Shown: positions 49,707 to 57,993 of the stretch, one piece after another
How positions within the stretch are numbered: position 1 is the first letter of the stretch
How the letters are laid out: every line of letters starts with the position of its first letter
Sequence record: DRR723986_13328
Length of the DNA stretch: 64,000 nucleotides
Direction: 5' to 3' (one strand)
Made by a program: the position numbers and the translations under genes
The notes under the pieces: model-generated
Database searches by the model: none
Seen by the model: the letters and a program-made list of their open reading frames with translations, nothing else
Told to the model about the DNA's origin: nothing

Positions 49707-50633
49707 ATGAAAAAAGTTTTACTAATTGCTGGTCTCCTTCCGCTTACATTGGGAGCCCAAACAACAATTTTCGAAGAAAATTTTGATGCTTACACGGCTG
49801 GAAATTATGCTGGAAATGAGTCTCCTTACATGACAAGTTGGTCAGAAACGCCAGGAGGATTTGACGATTGTTTTATTTCTAATGCACAAGCTTCCAGTCC
49901 CTCTAATTCAATTGAAATAGTTGGTCAGTCTGGTCCAATGGATGCCTTATGTCAATTCCCTCAGTCTTATGATGCAGTTGGACACTACAGATTTTCAATG
50001 AAAATGTATATTCCAACTGGTTATGCTGGATATTTCAACTGTCAAGAAAGTACCACTCCCGGTTTAGGATGGAAATGTGATGTGTTCTTTTCTATTGCTG
50101 GAACTGGATATTTATCTTCAAATGGAGATACAAGTTCAATAGAATTTACCTATCCAAAAGATGCTTGGTTTGATGTTGTTGTTGAAGCTGATTTAACGAA
50201 TGATCAAGGTGAGCTATTCATTTCTGGAACTTCTGAAGGGACATTTATGTGGTCTCCTGGGGTGACTGGTACTGAAACATTTAAAAGATGGGGTGGCGTG
50301 AATTATTACGCTTACGGACCAAATAATGAGCAATCGAATTATTTCGTGGATGATTTGAAACTGGAGGATATTACAGATTACACAAATATAACTTCCAATT
50401 CTACTTTTGATTTTGCTGTATATCCCAATCCTTCAAACGGACAAATCGCCATTCAATGGGAGGATAACTCAGCTTATGATTTAATGGTAACAGATATTGC
50501 TGGAAAATTGGTTTACTCAGAAAATAATATTACCACTAACAGTATTTTTAAATTAAATGCTGAAAAGGGAACTTACTTTGTTCAACTTTCTGATAACGAA
50601 AGTCGTATAATCAAGAAGATCATTATTGAGTAA
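49707..50633 (+). CDS. T9SS type A CTD secreted protein (lectin-like beta-sandwich)
   Basis: Signal peptide; IFEENFD N-terminus; VYPNPSNG...GTYFV...KKIIIE. Confidence 0.85.
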   Translation: MKKVLLIAGLLPLTLGAQTTIFEENFDAYTAGNYAGNESPYMTSWSETPGGFDDCFISNAQASSPSNSIEIVGQSGPMDALCQFPQSYDAVGHYRFSMKMYIPTGYAGYFNCQESTTPGLGWKCDVFFSIAGTGYLSSNGDTSSIEFTYPKDAWFDVVVEADLTNDQGELFISGTSEGTFMWSPGVTGTETFKRWGGVNYYAYGPNNEQSNYFVDDLKLEDITDYTNITSNSTFDFAVYPNPSNGQIAIQWEDNSAYDLMVTDIAGKLVYSENNITTNSIFKLNAEKGTYFVQLSDNESRIIKKIIIE

Positions 50634-50656
50634 TTATATTTTCACATCATAATTCT

Positions 50657-50688
50657 AAAGGAGAGCCAACTGGTTCTCCTTTTTTTTT
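50657..50688 (+). terminator. Intrinsic terminator
   Basis: AAAGGAGAGCCA ac TGGTTCTCCTTT plus T tract. Confidence 0.88.
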
Positions 50689-50696
50689 GAACTAAG

Positions 50697-50724
50697 TAGG
50701 GGTAAGTTAATTCTTAATTGTCAT
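50697..50724 (+). promoter_or_regulatory. Putative ECF sigma promoter, copy 1
   Basis: TAGGGGTA-N13-TTGTCAT, 19 nt before ATG 50744. Confidence 0.8.
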
Positions 50725-50743
50725 TGAATAAAAGCAACTAAAA

Positions 50744-51487
50744 ATGACAAAAATGAAAACAACAAAATGGCTATTAATTTTTGCTTCAGCAGTGTTAATG
50801 TTAACCTCATGCAAAAAAAAAGGAGGAGTATTCTGTTATAGCGCAACTGGAGATCAAGTAATAGAAACAAGAGATGTATCAAATTTTTCTTCGATTGATT
50901 TATCCATGGATGCAGATGTGTACTTTCAGCAATCTAACGAATATAGCGTTGAAGTGCATGCCAGTGAAAATTTACAGGATATCATACAGACAAAAGTTAA
51001 AGGAAATCGATTAAGCATCTCACTAAAGAACAAAAAGTGTTTAAAGGGAGATAGTGACGTAGAAGTTTATGTAACGGCTCCAGACCTCAGTAAATTATCT
51101 ATTTCTGGAACAGGTACAGTTTATTCTTTAAGACAATTTAATTGTTCTAGTTTGGATGTGAATATATCAGGATCAGGAGAACTAGAATTTGATAGTTTAG
51201 CCTGTCAAGATTTCTCTGCAGACATTTCTGGATCCGGCGAAATTTATTTGATGGGTACTGGAACTTCTGATAAGCAAACTATCGATATTTCTGGTTCAGG
51301 TTGTTTTAAAGGGTTTGAGATGCCTACTTTGGAATCTAAAATTAATATCTCGGGTTCTGGTAATTGTGAGGTCAATGTTGTGAATTCTATAAACGCAAGG
51401 ATTTCAGGTTCTGGAGAAGTAAGGTATAAAGGAAATCCTTCAATTGATTCTAATATTTCCGGATCTGGTTCGATTAAAAAATACTAA
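50744..51487 (+). CDS. DUF2807 / head GIN-domain lipoprotein
   Basis: LTSC lipobox; ETRDVSNFSSI, repeated ISGSG turns, V.YKGNP. Confidence 0.9.
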   Translation: MTKMKTTKWLLIFASAVLMLTSCKKKGGVFCYSATGDQVIETRDVSNFSSIDLSMDADVYFQQSNEYSVEVHASENLQDIIQTKVKGNRLSISLKNKKCLKGDSDVEVYVTAPDLSKLSISGTGTVYSLRQFNCSSLDVNISGSGELEFDSLACQDFSADISGSGEIYLMGTGTSDKQTIDISGSGCFKGFEMPTLESKINISGSGNCEVNVVNSINARISGSGEVRYKGNPSIDSNISGSGSIKKY

Positions 51488-51493
51488 TATAAA

Positions 51494-51517
51494 GTGGGAG
51501 GATGTTCGTCCTCCCAC
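51494..51517 (+). other. GC-rich hairpin without U-tract between the DUF2807 and ECF sigma genes
   Basis: GTGGGAGGA tgttcg TCCTCCCAC; followed by a TATCTTTG -7 box at 51524-51531. Confidence 0.6.
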
Positions 51518-51536
51518 AATATTTATCTTTGCATAA

Positions 51537-52094
51537 GTGAATCTGTTACAAGAACCCATATCAATTAATCAGTTTGAAGAATTGTTCAAATCTGAGTATG
51601 AGAAATTATGTGCAGTTGCAAATCAGTATTTGGCTGACCTGGATGCTGCTGAAGAAACGGTTCAAGCCGTGTTCGTAAAGTTTTGGGAGAGCAGAATGGC
51701 CATAGAGGTAAAGCAATCATTTGCCGCTTACCTGTATACATCTGTTAAGAACAATTGTTTGAATCAGTTAAAACATCTGAAGATAAAAGAGGCATACAAA
51801 GAGCATAACAAGAGAGAGATGGAATACGAGGAATCGAGAAATGAGCTTGATAGCTCAGCAGATGAACTTACTGAAAAAATTAAATCAGCCATTGATAAAT
51901 TACCTGAGGGCCGAAAAAGAATTTTTATTCTAAGTAGATATGAAGGGTTGAAATATAAAGAGATAGCTGAAAAATTAAATCTTAGCATAAAAACAGTAGA
52001 AAATCAGATGGGGAGTGCGTTAAAATTTTTAAAGTCTGAACTTGCTGAGTACGCAATCAGCTTGTTGCTGTTCATTTTTTTTCTGATCAGATAG
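51537..52094 (+). CDS. ECF RNA polymerase sigma-70 factor (Bacteroidota FecI-like)
   Basis: FEELFK...AEETVQAVFVKFW...YLYTSVKN region 2; LPEGRKRIF...YKEIAEKLNLSIKTVENQM region 4; hydrophobic tail. Confidence 0.95.
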   Translation: MNLLQEPISINQFEELFKSEYEKLCAVANQYLADLDAAEETVQAVFVKFWESRMAIEVKQSFAAYLYTSVKNNCLNQLKHLKIKEAYKEHNKREMEYEESRNELDSSADELTEKIKSAIDKLPEGRKRIFILSRYEGLKYKEIAEKLNLSIKTVENQMGSALKFLKSELAEYAISLLLFIFFLIR

Positions 52095-52119
52095 GGGTAT
52101 TTGGAAAGTTAATTGTCAT
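52092..52119 (+). promoter_or_regulatory. Putative ECF sigma promoter, copy 2 (overlaps the sigma stop codon)
   Basis: TAGGGGTA-N13-TTGTCAT, 11 nt before the FecR-family ATG. Confidence 0.8.
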
Positions 52120-52130
52120 AAAAAAGGAAG

Positions 52131-53138
52131 ATGTCTGATAAGAACTACATAGAATTCAATGAAGCCACCATAATGGCTTACATCAATGGCGAACTAAGCC
52201 ATGAAGATATAGCTATGGTAGATCATTGGATAGGATTGTCTCAAGAAAATACAGATGAGTATGAGAGAATTAAATCCATATGGCTTGCTGCAAAAGAGGT
52301 GAAACCTCAGCCAGTTTCAGTTGATACTGATAAAGCCCTCAACAAAGTATTGAGTCAAATAAATCAACAAACTCAACTGAAAGAAATTCAACTTAAAACA
52401 AATTATAAAAGAATAGTTTTATCAGCGGCGGCAGTGATCATTTTGCTTTTTGGCGCAGTGACACTTATTAACTTCTTAAATAATGAGACTGTTAATCAGA
52501 TAGAGCTAAGCGCTGATAATAAGATTCTCGAGGATCGATTATCAGATGGGACGACCGTAAGTCTTAACAAAAACTCAATGCTGTCATACCCTGATAAATT
52601 TGGAGATAATGAACGCAGAGTTAAATTAACAGGTGAGGCCTTTTTTGATGTTGAACGAAACGAGCAAAAGCCATTTGTGATTGATCTTCACAATGATTTT
52701 TATGTCAAAGTTTTGGGAACTTCATTTAATATCAACGCAAATGAAGAGGACACCATAACTGAGGTTTATGTTAAGACAGGCAAGGTTGAATTCGGCTCAG
52801 ATGAGGACCAAGTTATTTTAGAGGCGGGAGAAAAAGGAGTGATGAATAACAAAACCGGAAAAGTATCAAAAATCATAGTTGAAAACGAAGAGTTAAGAAC
52901 GTTATATTGGAAAACTCAAGAATTGAATTTTGATCATATTTCCCTGGCTTCAACTTTGGAGATTTTAGAACAAGTTTTTAATGTTGAGGTTTTGTTGTCC
53001 TGTCCCGAAAAAAGTAGTTCCCAAGTCGTTTCAAAACATCAACACGAATCAATTGATGAAATACTGAATGTTATTGCATCTATGCATCATTTAACAGTAA
53101 ATAAATCTGACCAGAAGTACACTTTGTCCTGTGATTAA
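52131..53138 (+). CDS. FecR family anti-sigma factor
   Basis: N-terminal anti-sigma helices, one TM, LSDGTTVSLN..S, L.GEAFFDV, VKVLGTSFN. Confidence 0.95.
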   Translation: MSDKNYIEFNEATIMAYINGELSHEDIAMVDHWIGLSQENTDEYERIKSIWLAAKEVKPQPVSVDTDKALNKVLSQINQQTQLKEIQLKTNYKRIVLSAAAVIILLFGAVTLINFLNNETVNQIELSADNKILEDRLSDGTTVSLNKNSMLSYPDKFGDNERRVKLTGEAFFDVERNEQKPFVIDLHNDFYVKVLGTSFNINANEEDTITEVYVKTGKVEFGSDEDQVILEAGEKGVMNNKTGKVSKIIVENEELRTLYWKTQELNFDHISLASTLEILEQVFNVEVLLSCPEKSSSQVVSKHQHESIDEILNVIASMHHLTVNKSDQKYTLSCD

Positions 53139-54984
53139 AAAATACACACTCTTATTTTTTATACTGTTTTGCGCTCATATGGGAGGTGCAAAATTTTTGC
53201 TTTTAGATAGGGTGATAACTATTGATATCCAAAAAACCGCAGTAAAAAAAATCTTGAACGTTATCGAAGAAAAAGGACAAGTTAAGTTTTCATATGACCC
53301 TGATTTGGTAGATGAAAATAAAATTGTAAGTCTGAGTGTTAAAGAGAAAACTATCCGTTATGGATTATCCTTGATTTTTGACGGAACAATTAGATTTAAG
53401 GAAGTTGGAAGCCATATAGTTTTACTTCAAAATGAATCTAGAGAGGCCATTAAGGAAAGAAAAAAAGACAGAGACAATTACATTTTTACCGGTAAAATTT
53501 TCGACAAAAGAACCGGAAAACCGCTGGTAAATGCAAGTGTTTATGATGTTGAAGCCAGATTTGCATCTAAATCTGACGAAAACGGGTTTTACGAATTGAT
53601 TATCCCGAAAGAAGAGCGGGTGAGGAGTTTGTATTTTAAAAAGAAAGACTATGAGGCTGTTGTTATTGTAATTGCTGCCGATAATCCTGATAATCTTCAA
53701 AATAACATTTCACTCGCACCTATTTTAAAAGAAGTCAGTAAAATTGAGCCTGCTACTGTTGAAAAAGTTCAAGTACCGATAGAAGAAAGGGCCTTGTCCG
53801 GAGCTCTAATTTCTGAAGACACATATATTCATTCTGAGAATTTAGATGGAATTGAAGAAATAAGGTTGGCACAGATTTCACTTGTACCATCAGTCGGGAT
53901 CGGTTCGAACCTTAGTACAAACGGTTTAATAACTAACCGGGTCTCATTAAACATTCTAGCTGGATACTCTAATGGCGTTAGAGGGGTTGAAGTAGGAGGG
54001 ATTTTGAATATGACCAAAGGAGATGTTTGGGGTGCTCAAATTGCTGGAATTTCTAATTTAGTTGGAGGGGATGTGACCGGAGGGCAAGTCGCTGGAATTG
54101 CTAGCCTTATTCAGGGCAATTTTAATGGAGCACAAGTATCTGGTATTAGCGGCATTGTAAAAAGGGATTTTTATGGTGTACAGGCAAGCGGCATTTCTTC
54201 AATCGTAAGGGGCCGATTTGAGGGGATTCAATTAAGTGGAATAAGCAATATCGCATACAAAAGTTCAAGAGGAATTCAGGTTGCTGGAATTTCAAATACC
54301 GTTTTTGATACTTTAATTGGAATTCAAGGTTCGGGTATTGTTAATTTTGCCTTACACGGTACTAATTACGCCCAAATCTCCGGAATAGCTAATATAGCAG
54401 ATTCGAGTAAGGGTGTGCAAATTAGTGGAATATTCAATCGTGCTAAAGTCAATAGTGGATTTCAATTGGGATTAATTAATTGCAGCAAATCAAGCACGGG
54501 TATTGCTTTAGGTTTATTTAATTTTGTACGTGAGGGTTATCACAAAACAGAATTGTCCGCAAATGAGATATTCCCAGTTAACTTGACCTTTAAAACGGGT
54601 TCTAAAAGACTCTATAATTCGTATCATTTTGGCTTGAGGTTTGGACAGCAATTGTACTATTCTGGAGGATTAGGCTTTGGAACTTATTTTGATTTAGCTA
54701 ACAAAACCAAGCTAAGCATAGATCTAACTGGCGACTTAGTTTTTAAAGAATCCAATTCAAACGGTTTTGCACAATTGTATAAATTATCCACCACATTTGA
54801 TTATCAGCTTGCTAAATGGCTAACAGTTTTTGGTGGTCCTTCTATCAGTATGAACGTTATGCAATTCAAAGATGCAGAAGGGCTTTTTTCATCAGATATA
54901 GCTTTTAAACCCTTCTATTCAGAGCAAAATGCAGTGGCAGGCTTTCAAGGTTGGGTTGGGGGCCAACTCGGATTTAGGTTTTAA
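53131..54984 (+). CDS. STN-like + carboxypeptidase-regulatory-like + 16-aa GxQxxGIxN repeats + small beta-barrel outer-membrane protein
   Basis: LLDRVITIDI...ILNVIE...KFSYD STN-like; GKIFDKRTGKPLVNASV; about 11 repeats; ends WVGGQLGFRF. Confidence 0.8.
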   Translation: MIKKYTLLFFILFCAHMGGAKFLLLDRVITIDIQKTAVKKILNVIEEKGQVKFSYDPDLVDENKIVSLSVKEKTIRYGLSLIFDGTIRFKEVGSHIVLLQNESREAIKERKKDRDNYIFTGKIFDKRTGKPLVNASVYDVEARFASKSDENGFYELIIPKEERVRSLYFKKKDYEAVVIVIAADNPDNLQNNISLAPILKEVSKIEPATVEKVQVPIEERALSGALISEDTYIHSENLDGIEEIRLAQISLVPSVGIGSNLSTNGLITNRVSLNILAGYSNGVRGVEVGGILNMTKGDVWGAQIAGISNLVGGDVTGGQVAGIASLIQGNFNGAQVSGISGIVKRDFYGVQASGISSIVRGRFEGIQLSGISNIAYKSSRGIQVAGISNTVFDTLIGIQGSGIVNFALHGTNYAQISGIANIADSSKGVQISGIFNRAKVNSGFQLGLINCSKSSTGIALGLFNFVREGYHKTELSANEIFPVNLTFKTGSKRLYNSYHFGLRFGQQLYYSGGLGFGTYFDLANKTKLSIDLTGDLVFKESNSNGFAQLYKLSTTFDYQLAKWLTVFGGPSISMNVMQFKDAEGLFSSDIAFKPFYSEQNAVAGFQGWVGGQLGFRF

Positions 54985-54987
54985 ATC

Positions 54988-57834
54988 TCACTTAAGTAAA
55001 ACTGCATGCCCCATAAATTCAAAAATTTGATCCGTTGCAGTTTCACCAAATTCCAAGGTCCAAATAAATACATTTGAGTTTTCAAGCTCATGGTTTAAAT
55101 AGGTACCGTCCCATCCGATTAAAGGGTCATATGATTCGAAAATTAATTCACCCCAGCGATTGAAAATAGAGAAATGATACCGGTTGTGGTCGAGCCCAGA
55201 ATAAAAAACAGGAATAAAAACAGGGTTTTTAAAATTTGGGGTAAATGCGTTCGGAACATAGAAAATTTGTTCTGTATTCACGATAAGATTTAAATAAGCT
55301 GTGTCTTTGCAATGCTCACTTGAAGCAATTAAATTGACTGTAATTCCTCCAGGATTAACGTACAAGTGATTTGGTTCAAAATCTGTAGAAAATTGTCCAT
55401 CACCAAAAATCCATTCCCAATTTATAGAATTTGATGAATTATTAACAAATTGAACAGCCTCTTCTGTAGTAATTAGAGTATTGGAAGTAGTAAAACTTGC
55501 TTCGGGCTCAATGTAGATTTCTATTGTGTCAGAGGCATTAATCGTACATCCGTTTGAGTCAATAATTGTTAAATCAATTGAATAAATACCACTGTTATTG
55601 TAGTAATGTATAAAAGATGTTTGGTTAAACATGTGGCCATCTCCACTGTCCCAATTTACAGAGATAAAATCTTCATTTCCCGATATGCCCACGATATTAA
55701 AATAAACCGGCTCATTGGGACATGCATCTTCTAAATTAATAGCGTATGATGAAGGGATGAAATATCCAACTGTAATACTGTCTCTATAAACTTGACAGGC
55801 GTTAGATTGTTCAACCCAATAAATTCCAGCTTGATCTACAAAATATTGATCTGAATTGCTGCCATCCTGCCAAACTGGATTGGATCCAGGGCTATTCACC
55901 ATCAAATTTAAAGTTTCTCCAGGACACAATAGTGTATCATTGGTGAACGATTCAAGAATTGGGTCAATGAATTGAACATCTATAGTGTCTGAATATGTAC
56001 AACTGTTGTCACTTACTGTCAGCCAGAATTGTCCACTGCTTTGTGCAGAAAGTGTTGGATTTGATGATAAATCACTCCATAGATAATTTGGATTTCCTGG
56101 GCTTGTCCCATCAATCACGAACGGCAAACCAGAACAAATAATTGTATCATTTCCTAAGTTGATGTCTGATAGAGTAGAAAAAGAGATGTGGATAGTGTCA
56201 CTTACTTCGCAGTTATTAATATCTGTTATGGTCAACCATGGACTGCTGGTTGAGTTAACTGAAAGAGTAGGGTTTGTACTTAAGTCTGACCATAGATAAT
56301 CAACTGCCCCCACAGTTGTACCATCTATAAGGATCGAATTGTTTATGCAAAGTGTCGTGTCATTACCCAAATTTAGAGCAAGTGGGCTGGTGAAGTCCAC
56401 TTGAATTGTATCATAGTATGCACAGAAATTATCAGAAACTGTAACGGAATAAGTTCCTGTACTGCTTAAGGAAATAGATGCGTTAGTATTCATGTTATTC
56501 CATAAATAACTTGTTGCACCTACAGTTGTGGCATCAATAAGAAAAGATTGTCCCGCACATATCAAAGTGTCTGGACCTAAGTCCACGTTTAGAGTCGTGG
56601 AATAAGCAATTGCAATTGTATCTGTAAATACACAGCTATTATTGTCTTCAACGGTTACCCAGACATCTCCGGCAGAACTTGCGTTGTAAGTTGGAAGAGT
56701 GGTTAAATCAGACCATAAAAAGTTGTTTGCTCCTGAATTGCTTAAGTCTAGTAATAGAGTTGAATTTGGACATAAAGTGGTGTCATTGCCCAGTGTGAAG
56801 TTTGGCAAGTTGTGCACCCCAAAGTAAAAATGATAGGTTGTGTAAGGGCAGCCTCCAGCGCTAATCTCGCAATAATAATCTCCGGTATCGCTCAGACTCA
56901 CATTATTAATAGGTAGAAAATAAGATGATCCAACTGGTGCTCCTTGAAAGGTCCAATTATATGTGTATGTAAAAGAAGTATCGACAAGCGTTAAAGCCGT
57001 ATCACTGTCTAGACAAGAAAAAACTGTGTCAGAATTTGAAGATGTAGAGCACCCTATGTGTGACCAATTAGATTGACAACCTGTCAATCCAAAATCATTG
57101 AGCACACCGTCAAATGAATTTGAACTTGAATCAACAAGAGTCGTTTGCCCCGCATTATTGGCGCCCACGAATCCATTGTCCGCATAATAAAGAGCTAAGA
57201 GATCTGGTTCATTTCCGGATAGATTTGAATTCATGAATTGACTGATTTCGGCAGCTGTACGTGTGTCACCCCAAACGCGTATATCCCGTAAAAAACCGTT
57301 ATAGAATTGAGAGCTATTGAGATTTGTCCCTGTACCGATATCCCATTCTTGTCCCAAACTATAGTTGTCTGCCGCTATAAGAACAAAATCGGCATTATGC
57401 GTACCCACCAATATGCCATCAATATAAACGCTTCCTAAGTTTCCGTCTCTTGAATAAGCAATGTGATGACAAACATTGTCCCCAATTACTTGAGTGCTCA
57501 TGAAGTCACTCTGTGTCCCCCAACTGCCTTGATCATAAATCATAAGATGACCAGTCTGTGTAGTGTTTCCTCCCAAAATTATTAGAAGTCTATTCCCGCC
57601 TGTTGGAGTATTTACCGAAAACAAAGATGTCCGAATGCTACTTGTTTGATCATTTAAATCTCCTTTCATCCAAAATTCAAATGTAAAATTCTGAGATCCA
57701 GCAAGCGTATCACTTAATGAATTCATATTCACATAATCATCAATTCCATCAAAATGTAAACTATTCGCAGGTGCTTGAGCAGACAATTCAAATGACATGA
57801 AAGTCATGAAAAGAATAAGAAGTGTTTTTTTCAT
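54988..57834 (-). CDS. LamG + Ig-like repeats + PKD protein with T9SS type B (gliding-motility-associated) CTD
   Basis: SLHFDGIDDYV...FTFEFW...HHIAY LamG; repeated LG.DT.LC...YLWS; W.FGDG PKD; YVPNAFTPN...IFNRWGE..F..GWDGT; ATG 57834. Confidence 0.9.
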   Translation of the reverse strand: MKKTLLILFMTFMSFELSAQAPANSLHFDGIDDYVNMNSLSDTLAGSQNFTFEFWMKGDLNDQTSSIRTSLFSVNTPTGGNRLLIILGGNTTQTGHLMIYDQGSWGTQSDFMSTQVIGDNVCHHIAYSRDGNLGSVYIDGILVGTHNADFVLIAADNYSLGQEWDIGTGTNLNSSQFYNGFLRDIRVWGDTRTAAEISQFMNSNLSGNEPDLLALYYADNGFVGANNAGQTTLVDSSSNSFDGVLNDFGLTGCQSNWSHIGCSTSSNSDTVFSCLDSDTALTLVDTSFTYTYNWTFQGAPVGSSYFLPINNVSLSDTGDYYCEISAGGCPYTTYHFYFGVHNLPNFTLGNDTTLCPNSTLLLDLSNSGANNFLWSDLTTLPTYNASSAGDVWVTVEDNNSCVFTDTIAIAYSTTLNVDLGPDTLICAGQSFLIDATTVGATSYLWNNMNTNASISLSSTGTYSVTVSDNFCAYYDTIQVDFTSPLALNLGNDTTLCINNSILIDGTTVGAVDYLWSDLSTNPTLSVNSTSSPWLTITDINNCEVSDTIHISFSTLSDINLGNDTIICSGLPFVIDGTSPGNPNYLWSDLSSNPTLSAQSSGQFWLTVSDNSCTYSDTIDVQFIDPILESFTNDTLLCPGETLNLMVNSPGSNPVWQDGSNSDQYFVDQAGIYWVEQSNACQVYRDSITVGYFIPSSYAINLEDACPNEPVYFNIVGISGNEDFISVNWDSGDGHMFNQTSFIHYYNNSGIYSIDLTIIDSNGCTINASDTIEIYIEPEASFTTSNTLITTEEAVQFVNNSSNSINWEWIFGDGQFSTDFEPNHLYVNPGGITVNLIASSEHCKDTAYLNLIVNTEQIFYVPNAFTPNFKNPVFIPVFYSGLDHNRYHFSIFNRWGELIFESYDPLIGWDGTYLNHELENSNVFIWTLEFGETATDQIFEFMGHAVLLK

Positions 57835-57843
57835 TGGGTCCAA

Positions 57844-57909
57844 CAAAAGTATGCTTTTTCCATGTACCATCCAAAATACTGTGACTGATGGTAATTCGTG
57901 GACTTATGG
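57844..57909 (-). promoter_or_regulatory. Housekeeping promoter with upstream direct repeat
   Basis: Minus strand TTTG-N20-TACTTTTG (57875-57844); CCATAAGTC/CCATCAGTC direct repeat at 57909-57883. Confidence 0.55.
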
Positions 57910-57940
57910 ATTAATTTCATTTTTTTATTTGCCATCCCGA

Positions 57941-57968
57941 TAGGGGTAAACACTTTTTTATTTGTCAT
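57941..57968 (+). promoter_or_regulatory. Putative ECF sigma promoter, copy 3
   Basis: TAGGGGTA-N13-TTGTCAT, 25 nt before the TonB-dependent receptor ATG. Confidence 0.8.
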
Positions 57969-57993
57969 CAATGTGAATAAAGCATTATAACAA

